Assembly: GCA_963833425.1 (NCBI GenBank)
Contig: CAWHXP010000011.1
Span: forward strand, 32,001 to 96,000
Length of the DNA: 64,000 bases
Reading direction: 5' to 3'
Source: an uncultured Methanosarcinaceae archaeon
GTDB lineage: Archaea; Halobacteriota; Methanosarcinia; Methanosarcinales; Methanosarcinaceae
In this document: positions 47,917-58,882 of the stretch, one piece after another
How the letters are laid out: every line of letters starts with the position of its first letter
How positions within the stretch are numbered: position 1 is the first letter of the stretch
Position numbers and translations under genes: made by a program
The notes under the pieces: generated by a model
Told to the model about the DNA's origin: nothing
Databases searched by the model: none
The model's input: the letters and a program-made list of their open reading frames with translations, nothing else

Positions 47917-49032
47917 TCATGGACTTCCCGATGTTTTAACCCAACCAAAACCTGCAAAGTATTTTTGGAAAATATCCGCCCTTAAAGCAAATATTCCATC
48001 ATTTGTCGCCATCGGAATAGATAACCAAGTTCCATTGGGGTCATTATAATAAGGCTCATTCCAAGCGACCCACGTAATATTAGCTGTGTTTAGAGTAGCT
48101 TCATAGGTTCCCCATGGATTTCGTAAAACAATATAATTCTGATTATTAGCAGACGCCCAGCCCAAAATCGAATATGAATGGTTAGCTACTAAATGTGCAC
48201 TGTTGTAATTTACATCAGGGGAAGGGGCTGTGCCATAAGTCCATGCGACCATCGGATTAAACGTTTTAGAACCAGTACTGTTTTCACGAACTGTTTTCCA
48301 TATATCATCGGCTGAAAGAGATGAGTTGGTTCTGTAATTGGGGGGTAAATTCGTGAGTGTAGCTAATGCTCTAACTGGGTCACCAAAAGCAATTTTCGTA
48401 ATATCTGGTTCATCACTCGCATCTTTAGTAGACCACTTAGCAAATGCCTTTTCATACAAAGCTGGCCAAAGTTCCCCATTTTCGCTAGAACGAGCATAGA
48501 TGAACAAATTGGAGGACATAGGTAGTAATGAAGTAATTTCGACTTTTTTACAAACTCCTCCATCATAAAAGTCAAACTCATAATAGACTTTACCCCCAAT
48601 ATAGGCGGACTTATCAGCAATCACGTAAGTGTCAGCCCATGCTAATGATGAAAGCGCTGCAATAAAGTAGCAGTCCGCTACTGCTCCTTGAATGGGGTCG
48701 GTAACCTCTGCACCATTTACAAAAAATTCACCTGCAGTATTCACCCATGTCATGTTATCCATAGCTTCAACATGTTCTTTAAGGGCACCTATTCCAGTGG
48801 ATACGTCAACTGGGTACGAAACGCTATTAGTTTTAGGGTCATATTTCATACCTGCATACAGTGGTGAGCCGTGTTTGGGGTCAAACATTTTTTCATAAGG
48901 CATTTTTAATGCTTGCTCTAATAGTTTATGTGGGTTTGCTATCCTTTCCCAATTGATTTTTTTCTTCAAAACCACTTCTGTCAAAGCATAGGGGTTAATA
49001 ACGCCAATGTTAATATTAGATGTTTCAGCCAT
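47917..49032 (-). CDS. Calpain-like cysteine protease (peptidase C2 catalytic domain)
   Basis: DPIQGAVADCYFIAALSSLA (Cys), ELWPALYEKAFAK, ANHSYSILG (His), LRNPWG (Asn); GGAGG RBS; no signal peptide. Confidence 0.9.
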   Translation of the reverse strand: MAETSNINIGVINPYALTEVVLKKKINWERIANPHKLLEQALKMPYEKMFDPKHGSPLYAGMKYDPKTNSVSYPVDVSTGIGALKEHVEAMDNMTWVNTAGEFFVNGAEVTDPIQGAVADCYFIAALSSLAWADTYVIADKSAYIGGKVYYEFDFYDGGVCKKVEITSLLPMSSNLFIYARSSENGELWPALYEKAFAKWSTKDASDEPDITKIAFGDPVRALATLTNLPPNYRTNSSLSADDIWKTVRENSTGSKTFNPMVAWTYGTAPSPDVNYNSAHLVANHSYSILGWASANNQNYIVLRNPWGTYEATLNTANITWVAWNEPYYNDPNGTWLSIPMATNDGIFALRADIFQKYFAGFGWVKTSGSP

Positions 49033-49095
49033 TTAATTCCTCCAAATCTTTTTAATTTACTATAATTAGGGAATGTTATGTTTTGTAAATTTAAA

Positions 49096-49293
49096 TCAAC
49101 CGACTTTAATCTCAGTTTCAACATTAGTTGAATATCCATCCAACATTCTCGGCACGATATCTTCTGGGTTCAGTTCAGTTTCTGGTACTTTCTTTCTTAC
49201 AAATACAATTATTACTTCGCTTCCATTCTTTTCTCCGATACCTACTCCAGTCACATTAGGAAGTAACTTCAAAAAACTTTCATATTTTCTCAT
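49096..49293 (-). CDS. Small protein resembling a protease N-terminal/pro-domain
   Basis: LPNVTGVGIGEK...IIVFVRKKVP..ELNPEDIVPRMLDGYSTNV; AAGGAGGGG RBS; may start at an in-frame CTG at 49311. Confidence 0.75.
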   Translation of the reverse strand: MRKYESFLKLLPNVTGVGIGEKNGSEVIIVFVRKKVPETELNPEDIVPRMLDGYSTNVETEIKVG

Positions 49294-49432
49294 AATTGTT
49301 TCAATAGTCAGATATTTAACCCCTCCTTTAATTAGTTTAAGAGTTTTACTGTTGATGGATCAAAAAGTAATTCCATCAAAATTATTTTAGGTGAATCTTT
49401 CATTATTTCCTAAATTATTTTAAATAAATTGT

Positions 49433-49650
49433 ACAAAAAATGATTTCTGAATAAAATTTATTTTGTCATGATTCAACTATACAAAAAATAGTTTCTGAAT
49501 GAAATTCACTTTGTCATAAAATTCAACTAAACAAAAAAATAGTTTCTGAATGAAATTCACTTTGTCATAAAATTCAACTAAACAAAAAAAATAGTTTCCG
49601 AATGAAATTAATTTTGTCATAAAATTTAACTTTACAAAAAAATAGTTTCT
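49433..49650. repeat. ~50-bp tandem repeat array (4 units + partial)
   Basis: Unit ACAAAAAA(A)TAGTTTCTGAATGAAATTCACTTTGTCATAAAATTCAACTAA starting at 49433, 49481, 49531, 49582, 49634. Confidence 0.92.
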
Positions 49651-49866
49651 AACAAAAAATTGTTCCACGGTCTCTGATTTGAAACTAGATAATCAATGTC
49701 TTGATTCCAGTATCAACAATACGGTATAGTAAATACCCTATTGAAAATTTATAATTCTAACAATTAATCAATTTGCTAGTGTTTTGCGATAGCCTAATTG
49801 CCTTTATGAGAAAAAATTCATTTGGAACATTTCATCCTGCTCCGCACACAGATACATACGATTTTT

Positions 49867-50721
49867 GGTTCCGTTGCAAAAAATTCAAAATAATCATATT
49901 AATCTATGAATAATAAATAAAAGTCAAAAGATTCAAGGAAAATGTATCAATATTACAGAACTATTCCAAATAATTGATTGGTATATTTAGCTTCATTAAG
50001 ACCAGAGTAGTTTGGATTCTTGATTTGTCCTTTTTTAACCATATTCATAGCTTCAATTCCTTTTAAAATCTTACTTGCAGAGCGAAAAGACTGAAATCCT
50101 AACATTGGATTAACGATTCGCTTTATAGATCTATGATCTTGTTCTATAATTTTATTCAAATACTTGATTTGTCTGATGCCTACGTTTTTAGGTAGTATTT
50201 TATCATTTTTCAGTTCGTGTATGACAATAGGATAAACTTGATTCTTATCAAAGGTTATTGCTCTTGGAATTTGATTCTGATTAGAGCTCAAAGCTTTCTT
50301 GAAGAATTTCTTCACTGCTTTTAGTTTCGTTTTGCAGTTAACATGAAATTGATTGTATCACCATTTGAGTCAACTGCTCTGTAAAGATATTTTCATTTAC
50401 CTTTTACTTTGATATAGGTTTCATCAACTCTCCACGAATCATTTGTTGGTCTTAAATGTCTTCTTATCTTCTTTTCTATTTCAGGGGAATATTGATGTAT
50501 CCATCTCATTTATAGTACTGTGATCAATTTGAATTTCTCTTTCTATCATCATTTCATTTAAATTTCTTTAGCTCAATGGGTATTTTAAGTACCATCTTAC
50601 ATTCAATAGGATAATTTCTCCTTCATAATGCTTTTATTTAAAGGAATTAGATAGCATATTACTGTCTTTGGTTTTCTTTCATTCTATTGTATCCTTAGAA
50701 AAGATTTTTTGCAACGGAACC
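49867..50721 (-). mobile_element. IS6-family insertion sequence (855 bp), inverted copy of 45087-45941
   Basis: Same TIRs and same inactivating stops; near-identical body. Confidence 0.93.
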
Positions 50722-51157
50722 TAATTTATATGTATTAAAAAAAATCAAAGAGCATTTTAATGATATATAATACAATGACACATTCAAAAATATGTAGTAC
50801 AAAGGTACCGAAAACGACTTTGTAAATGATGCAAAAAAGAGAAGAGAAATCTTCAACTGCTTATTGGACTCTACTTTAATAATTGCGACAAAGGATACTA
50901 AACTAACAACTTATCCTGGATAAATACCCCAAAACTTATAAATCCTAAGTAACCTATTAATCGACAAAATCATTATCACTTGAATTTTTGTTTCAGTTTT
51001 CACTAAATTTATCAATCTAAAAGAATCAAACGACCTAAAAGGACTTACTTCTGTTTTCATATTAAGTAGAATTTCCAGAAAAATATTGTAAGACGAAACA
51101 GAAACAAACTTAAATAACTGGAATAAAAACAAAGAAAAATATTAAGAGGAAGCTAGT

Positions 51158-51352
51158 ATGGGAAATATAAGACAGACGAACATAAAAAGAATCGCATTTA
51201 GACTGATTGAAAATTACGGAGATGTTCTTACAAAGGATTTCGAAACCAACAAGACTCTTGTGACAAAGTATACAACCATTGAAAGTAAGATCATAAGAAA
51301 TAGGGTTGCAGGTTATGTTACAAGAAAAGTAGCACGCATGAAAATATACTGA
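51158..51352 (+). CDS. rps17e: 30S ribosomal protein S17e
   Basis: [13 protein letters not shown]...FETNK...[14 protein letters not shown]. Confidence 0.95.
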   Translation: MGNIRQTNIKRIAFRLIENYGDVLTKDFETNKTLVTKYTTIESKIIRNRVAGYVTRKVARMKIY

Positions 51353-51388
51353 ACAGAAATTTATTTTGGACACAGGAGGATTTCTGAC

Positions 51389-52264
51389 ATGTTTGAAGGG
51401 ACAATGTCTGCTCTGATCACTCCTTTTAAAAAGAACGATAGGATTGACAGGGAAGGCTTACAGAGGAATATTACATTTGTTGAAGAGAGAGGAGTTGCAG
51501 GGATTGTACCTTGTGGTACGACCGGAGAGTCTGCGACACTTTCTGCACTCGAGCACGAAGAAGTGATCGACATCGCAGTGGAATGTTCAAATGTTCCTGT
51601 AATTGCAGGAACGGGCTCGAATAACACAGGAGAAGCTCTCCAGTTTACAAAACATGCTGAAGATGCGGGTGTTGATGCGGCACTTTTGATTTCTCCCTAC
51701 TACAACAAACCAAACTCTGCAGGGTTGCTGGTACATTTTAAGAAAATTGCAGAAGCAGTGGATATTCCTATAATCCTGTATAATGTTCCCTCTAGGACAG
51801 GGCAAGATGTGCCAGTAGAAGTAATTGCCGAACTTGCAAAGATCGAAAATATTGTTGGGATTAAGGAAGCCAGTGGAAACGTCGTCAAAGTTTCTCAGAT
51901 CCTGGAATATACTGCAGATGAAAATTTCGTTATTCTATCAGGTGACGATGGTTTGACTCTCCCAATTCTTTCTATAGGAGGCAGAGGAGTAATCTCTGTT
52001 GCTGCAAATATAATTCCTGACAGGATGTCCACAATGGTTAATGCAGCTCTCGCTGGAGACTACGAAACTGCAAGGAAAATTCATTTTGAGATTGCTCCGC
52101 TGATTCGTGCTCTTTTTCTGGAAACAAATCCTGTTCCTGTCAAAAAGGCTGCCGAACTTGTAGGACTTGCAAGCGGGCATTTGAGGCTCCCACTCGCACC
52201 CCTTAGCGAGAAAAATATCATAAAGCTTGTGGATGAACTTCGAAAATTGGAGATTATGGAATGA
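51389..52264 (+). CDS. dapA: 4-hydroxy-tetrahydrodipicolinate synthase
   Basis: GTTGES, PYYNKP, LYNVPSRTG, GIKEASG motifs. Confidence 0.95.
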   Translation: MFEGTMSALITPFKKNDRIDREGLQRNITFVEERGVAGIVPCGTTGESATLSALEHEEVIDIAVECSNVPVIAGTGSNNTGEALQFTKHAEDAGVDAALLISPYYNKPNSAGLLVHFKKIAEAVDIPIILYNVPSRTGQDVPVEVIAELAKIENIVGIKEASGNVVKVSQILEYTADENFVILSGDDGLTLPILSIGGRGVISVAANIIPDRMSTMVNAALAGDYETARKIHFEIAPLIRALFLETNPVPVKKAAELVGLASGHLRLPLAPLSEKNIIKLVDELRKLEIME

Positions 52265-53052
52265 TCAACGCAGCATTACTCGGAGCTTGTGGGAGAATGG
52301 GCTCCTTAATTGTAGAAACGATTACCCACTTTCCAGATATTAAGCTCGTTGCTGCCTTTGATATAAGCAACATTGGAAAGGATGTAGGGGGATTCACTCG
52401 TGTGGGTAATCTGGGAATCAAGATATCGGACGTAAGAGATCTTGAAACTGTTTTGAAAAAAAACCATGTTGATGTCCTTATTGACTTTACGGCCGCAATG
52501 GCGACTACAATAAACGCTCCAATAGCTGCCAGATGCGGAGTAAACCTTATAATAGGAACTACAGGCCTGACCACGGAACAGCGAGCAGTTATTGACAAAG
52601 CTATCAAGGAAAATCAGGTACGTGCGATTATTTCCCCCAATTATTCCATAGGTGTTAATGTTTTTTTTAAGATAATTAGGGAAGCCGCAAAGTATCTTGC
52701 AGATTACGATATCGAGATTATAGAAACTCATCATAACCAGAAAAAAGATGCTCCAAGCGGGACCGCACTTCGGGTGGCCGACGTTGTCAGTGAGGCTATT
52801 GGTGGAAAGGAGTATATCTATGGAAGGGAAGGAATATCTCCTCGAGGCAAGGAAATAGGCATTCATGCTGTCCGAGCTGGAGATATTACAGGAGATCACA
52901 CTGTCCTTTTTGCAGGTAACTCAGAAAGGATCGAAATTCGACACATTGCTCACTCCCCTCAGATTTTTGCCAAAGGCGCGGTTCGTGCAGCAGAATGGAT
53001 ATGTGAACAAAAACCTGGGATTTATTCTATGGATGATGTACTTTGTTTGTAA
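52261..53052 (+). CDS. dapB: 4-hydroxy-tetrahydrodipicolinate reductase
   Basis: GACGRMG, IDFT, GTTG, ETHHNQKKDAPSGTA. Confidence 0.95.
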   Translation: MINAALLGACGRMGSLIVETITHFPDIKLVAAFDISNIGKDVGGFTRVGNLGIKISDVRDLETVLKKNHVDVLIDFTAAMATTINAPIAARCGVNLIIGTTGLTTEQRAVIDKAIKENQVRAIISPNYSIGVNVFFKIIREAAKYLADYDIEIIETHHNQKKDAPSGTALRVADVVSEAIGGKEYIYGREGISPRGKEIGIHAVRAGDITGDHTVLFAGNSERIEIRHIAHSPQIFAKGAVRAAEWICEQKPGIYSMDDVLCL

Positions 53053-53928
53053 AAATAGTTTGTATATAATTGAATAGGGCACAAATATGGCTCTTTACAT
53101 GGATTCTTAAATTTTTTTTGGCCCTTATCAATTTTTAAGGTCTAAATCAATTTTTTTTGTTTTTTTAGAATTTTTTAATCTCTTCTGGGCCTGCTAGAAT
53201 TTAAGTCAGTGTAGCAAACTTTTGGGGTAAATTGTCATTAATTACAAGCCATTGATTATGTTTTTCCAATTTGTTGTGCTTTAATCGTTAAATGTTTAGG
53301 GGATCTAAAAAGCAGATCAAATAAACCCTACTTTTATTGGGGTAGTTCTTGTTACTACTTCAGTTTTTAATCCAGTAATCGATACTTTGTTGTGATGTAT
53401 ATAATTGTAATTTTTTCGACTACTGCTCACCAGAACAATTGAAAAATATGCACATAGTACTGCTAATTTGCGACAGGATATTCCATCAAAAATAACTTCA
53501 CTTTGTTCATTGACTGCATGTTTTTCTATATTGGGTAAAATAATCCTATAATAATGTTATAGAGCTTTCTTTTTAAAGCTCTTTTATCGGCATAAAACAC
53601 GGCTTTAGATATATGATTTAGTGATATAAAAAATAAAATAAGGTAAAAATAAATGAAGTTTAAAAAGACAATGACTATTTTGTAGTAGCCTTCGTTGTAG
53701 CTTCATTGACTGCTATAGCAGTAAGTACAAACTAAGCTATAGCGACGGTAAAAGTAGCTCCAGTAACAGTGGACAAAGGTGTAGGATCCATACTGGAGGC
53801 AGATTCTACGTTTTACCACATTATTTCATATCTGTTTTCCAATTTCTGATACACTAACCAAATATAACATAATAGTAATTAATTTATACTTAATTGGCAT
53901 CAAAATAAACTAAATATATTTCTGTATC

Positions 53929-54102
53929 CTTAAAAAATATGCATCTGAATAATATGGAAAGTGTAAAGAAATTATAAAAATAAAGACAATAGGTGTAAGC
54001 GCATGAACGAGGTTACTTAAAAAATATGCATCTGATTAATATGGAAAGTATAAAGAAATTATAAAAATAAAGACAATAGGTGTAAGTGCATGAACGAGGT
54101 TA
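53929..54102 (+). repeat. 87-bp tandem duplication covering the promoter/RBS/start region
   Basis: 53929-54015 and 54016-54102 differ at 3 positions. Confidence 0.92.
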
Positions 54103-56025
54103 GCAGGAGGAGGATAATCCTAAAAAATGTGAAAATCTAGAAATGAAGGAGATAAAAGATATATGGAGAAAACTTTCCGAAATGCACGGTTATATCAAAA
54201 AAGTGATGGAATATTCTAACAGGCTGCATTTTGAAACTGCTCTTGAAAGTTCAAGGCATGAACATTAACAAGCTCTTCTAAATTACTTTTTTGAAGATAT
54301 AGGGACTGGACTTGAACGAAACATGATGAAAAGATGTCCAGAAAAGGAAAATTGCACTCCCGCGTTTACAACCGTTCTACAGCATACTGCAGGGCTTATC
54401 AAATATAACAAGGTAGAAGAAACCCTTATTTCGGATAACAAAAACAAGCTGGATGAACTTAGATGCGGAGCTCCTTATCGAAAATGTGAGCAGTACTTTT
54501 CCGAAGTTTCGAATCTCTTCACAAAACAAATCAACTTTATACGTTCTCTGAAGATTTATGAAACTAATCAGGAACAGAAGTCAGATATTTCATCCCTAGA
54601 AACTTGCGTGGTTATAAGCGAAATTCTTGAGCCGATCTCAAATAAACAACGTCTGGAAATTCTAAAATCAATCGCCTTCGAACAGAAAAGTTTCTCTACT
54701 CTTTCCAAACTTACGGGCCTTATAGCAGGAAATTTATTTTTTCATCTCCAAAAACTCATGAACTGCGAGCTGATTCTGCAGCAACATGATAGAGGAGATT
54801 ATATGATTACTGAGAAAGGATTCAAAATTCTGCAGGGTTTGAATGAGATGTATTCTTCACTCCAATGTTCCCCACAACAGATATACCACTCTGATTTATT
54901 TGGGGAATCGAAAAAGGAAGAATTAACCGACGAATCGAAAATAGTAGAACTGACTGAAGCTCTAAAAGAAATGGCTATGAACCTTGGGGCCTTCAAAGTA
55001 GGCATTGCAACGACCAAAAACCTTATAGGTGGCCCTCCTTAGGCAGACTTGACCTATGTGCTGCCAGAAGCAAAATCTGCTGTCTGTTCCGCCCTACCTT
55101 TTGATTAGAACCTTATAGATCCTTATTTCAGAAAAATGGATATCGAATCCCTTGAAACTAATAAGGTACTAACTACTACCCTTGCTGATGGAATAGCCAT
55201 TGAGATGGCAAATTTCTTGCAGCAGACTGGATATAAAGCCGTTCCTCAAATTGCAAATTTGTTTACCGGAGGGGTACAAAAAATTGGCTGCTGGAGATGC
55301 GTCCTCCGATTTCCCACAGGTATTTGGCAGTACGCTCTGGGATAGGGTATTTTGGATATTCAGGGAATGTTATTACAAGAGAATACGGATCTGCTATTGT
55401 ATTGGTCTCAGTAGTTACGGATGCAGAACTTGTCCCAACAGACTCCATGGCAGAAGAAGAAAATTATTGTGACGAATGTAAGCTTTGCCTTTCAGTATGT
55501 TCTTCTGGATACGTGGACCCCGTTGAGAAAGTCACTGTAACCCTTGGTGGAAAGGAGTTTAGTTATGGAAAACGAAGAAACAATAGTCGCTGTTTACTTG
55601 TATGTATGGGACTTACAGGTCTGAGCGCCTCTGGAAATTGGTCCACCTGGTCTCCTGGGCGCTTTAACATCCCCGAAAAAGATGAAGATTGCATTTCTGC
55701 AATACCTTCTGTTACACAAGCGTACCTTGAAAGGCTACAGTTCAAAGGTGGATTTTTTGTGCCCATTATGTCAGGGTCCAAGAGGGAATATCCCTGTTCT
55801 AACTGTCATTTAGTTTGTCACCCTGACAAAAAAGTTCGAACAGCAAGATACAAGATGCTAATAGAAAGCGGAGTGGTTATACAGGAACCTAACGGAACTC
55901 GTAGAGTCGTATCTCCGGAAGAAGCAAAAGAGTACCTCAATCCATGCCTCCTGAAAGGAGAAAACTGTACGAACCTATTCCACCGGGAAAACCGATCTAA
56001 AAACGGGGGAAATTATTTCACGTAA
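54090..56025 (+). pseudogene. ArsR-type HTH regulator fused to an epoxyqueuosine-reductase/reductive-dehalogenase-like Fe-S domain, disrupted
   Basis: LEPISNKQRLEIL...GNLFFHLQKL wHTH; GAFKVGIA, ISHRYLAVRSGIG..GYSGN, CDECKLCLSVC, CSNCHLVC; in-frame TAA (54266), two TAGs, frameshifts. Confidence 0.8.
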
Positions 56026-56379
56026 AACTAAATTCGGATTATCCTTTCAAAAAGAAAATCCTAATTTTTAAGATTAAATCCTCTTAAACATATTTTGTTG
56101 CCTAATTTAAGACAATTTTGAATCCTGAAAATTTCTATGCTAATGCATACATTGGATTTTTATAAACTGATTAACAGCATTCTTTGTAATGCTTAACTTT
56201 GTTTCAAATCAAATAATTTTAATTGTTATTCTTTGAATTTCAAATCGTATAATTGATTTTATTCCCATCAAAATTAAATCAAATTGACTCAGATATGAAA
56301 TTTTTTAACTATGGGTGAAAAGGTTGAAATTCCGTTTTTAAGGATAATCTTGGATATTCAAGTCTGATTGAAGAGTTGC

Positions 56380-56968
56380 TTGGAGAATTTGCAGACTTGC
56401 ATATTAACGAAAAAATGTTGAAACCCTAAAGAAGGTTTGAGCCTTGTTTCTGCTCACTCATGAGTTTCATTGTTTATTAATGGTTGGTGTTCTTATCAAC
56501 TGTTATTACTCTCGGCATTTGATTGTGATTTGAACTCAATGCCTTCCTAAGGAATCTCTTTGAAGCTTTTCTATTTCGTTTCGCACTTATATGAAATTGA
56601 TTGTGTTTCCATCTGAGTCAACTGCTCTGTAAAGATATTTTCATTCACCTTTTACTTTTATATAAGTTTCATCAACTCTCCAAGAATCATTTGTTGGTCT
56701 TAAGTGCTTTCTTATCTTCTTTTCTATTTAGGTGGATATTGATGTACCCATCTCATGATTGTCGTATGGTCGACTTTAATTCCCCTTTCTGCCATCATTT
56801 CCTTTAAATTTCTATAGCTTAATGTATATTTTAAGTACCATCTTACGTTTAATAAGACAATTTCTCCTTCATAATGATTCCATTTAAAGGAATTTACTGG
56901 CATAATATATACTCCTAAATTTCTACTTGTTTCAGTGAATCCCCCTCATTATTTTTTGCAACTGAACC
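56380..56968 (-). mobile_element. IS6-family remnant
   Basis: TIR TTTTTTGCAACTGAACC at 56952-68; decayed transposase (VRWYLKY..SYRNL, WRVDETY); same left-end subtype as 12917-13200. Confidence 0.85.
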
Positions 56969-57365
56969 GCTTATTGTAAAAGTAAAATAAATGATAATAA
57001 ATTTTGAATAGGCTTTTAGCTATGTTTAATTTTCCTTTACCTAAAGCATTTCGTTCAATTAATAGTCAATGTTTTGTTATCCAGGCAGAATCCCATATGT
57101 ATATTTCTGGATGTTCTTTCATTTTTTTTGTTGAACTAATTTTTTCTTAGAGTTTCGTGAGGGATTTCTAGCTCAATTTCGAAGCCAATTTTGTTAATAG
57201 TTTCCTTGGGAATAAATTTAGTTATATACAGATCAATTTCTATTACCCTATTGTCGTAAGATTCATTAAACTGGTTATTAATTTTCACTAAATACCTGAA
57301 AACGATTGGTACTCATCCTTTTCGTCGTGAAAAAGTGCACTTATTCTCATCGTCCTTGATTTCAA

Positions 57366-58547
57366 TTAAGTTGTATATAACTCTATTAGGCTTTTCCTTT
57401 CTTCATCAGATGTTTTGAACATTTCGTGTTTAAATTCATCAATATCTAATTTGTTCTCATCATTTAGTTCTTTCAAAGTTGCGAATGAAAATTTCATTAA
57501 TGGTGAGAGAATAAATATCTTATCCGATATTTCTGCAAACTTGCACTTTATTTTACTATTTCCGTCCCCACGAGCTACGGGATAATAAGCATCTAGGCGA
57601 CCAGAGATTGGTTGTCGAATCATATAATTTGCTGACATCAAGCTTATTATTTAGTAGCTCGGTCTATCTATAGTCCATAGGTTACTCAAATATTGCTCAA
57701 ATTGTGAAAGATACGATTCAGATGCTATGGTTTTTTTATTCGTCACATCCTTAGTCGATAGAAGCCAATCGCAAGCTTCTTCTCCAGCGACTGCCCCATA
57801 TACCGAAAGAGGATTCCCCAGGAGGAGAAAGCACAGGATTTCGATTTCTTAATACTCACCTTTGGCCGGATCTCTGCAATTTTTCATTAGATACTGGATA
57901 CCAGGCAAGTATTAGTTACTACACAAACCTGATGCTTCCATCGCTCCTTAAAATCTTTATCTTTTATTCTATTGCATAGTTAGTCGATAAATGGTACAAT
58001 GAAGTGTCTGAGTCAATCAAAAAGCAATATTCTTTCCACTGTTATCTATCAGTAATTTGTCTAAATGATCCAAACAATTTTTAGCAATTTCTTGCGTTTA
58101 GTAGTAAAACTGGCCGATTATATTTCCAAAAACAGATCCACCATAATTACCCCAGTTTTCTCCATAAAGTTATCCAGCCATGGAGTATCATCTACCAAAT
58201 TTCGCGAAATTTGATACGAAATTTCAACTGATCTTTTTCCTATTGCTTCAAAAATTTCTATTTTGTTCTTCTGTTCTTCTTTCAGAATATCTGTTTCACA
58301 TTTTCAATATCTAGTTTCTTAGATACAGTGTCAGACTTTGTGAGACTAGTTTCTTGGTCTATTTCAGAGATTTTTTTATTGAGTTCTGCATTACTTATTT
58401 TTAAATCGCCTACAACTTTCTCGGTCGTTGCATGTTGTTCCACACTTTATGTAGCATTCCTTTTTCGTGTAAAGTAATAGTATCAATAACTGTAGAAATG
58501 ACACCTACCACGATTAAAAAAATAATTTGTATGTTTATTGGGTCCAT
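57366..58547 (-). pseudogene. Fragmented hypothetical gene (N-terminal TM, coiled-coil, globular C-terminal part)
   Basis: Protein-like fragments in shifting frames (MDPINIQIIFLIVVGV, ELNKKISEIDQE, YGENWGNYGG, NPLSVYGAVAGEEA, SGRLDAYY). Confidence 0.45.
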
Positions 58548-58793
58548 AGTTGTTCTCCTGAAAACGAGAAAAAGTAGATTTTTTAGCATATATATTTTTA
58601 AAGTTAAATATTTAATAATATATATTAATAAAACCCAATCACACAAACTAATTAACTTCTGTTCCAATGAGAAATAATAATAAATAAAAATGTTATTAAA
58701 AAGCATTGATATATATTTTTATTAAATTTTAAAATTTTACTCACAAACGGTCATACAATCTTTTAACAGCTCACCCGGAAAAAATATATATCA

Positions 58794-58850
58794 AAGAAAC
58801 AGTATTTATTTTTATAAACACAAAAGAACAGTATTTATTTTTATAAACAT
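58794..58850. repeat. ~29-bp tandem duplication upstream of fba
   Basis: AACAGTATTTATTTTTATAAACA repeated twice. Confidence 0.8.
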
Positions 58851-58882
58851 TTAATCTATTTGTGAATTCGTTATAAGTTCAA

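Noticed and set aside
49433..49650. CRISPR array interpretation of the ~50-bp repeats (likewise the 17-bp array at 10853)
   Set aside because: Units are contiguous with no unique spacers, and no cas genes are in the window
53653..53830. Signal-peptide-like ORF remnant (MKFKKTMTIL...)
   Set aside because: Immediately interrupted by stops; too short to support
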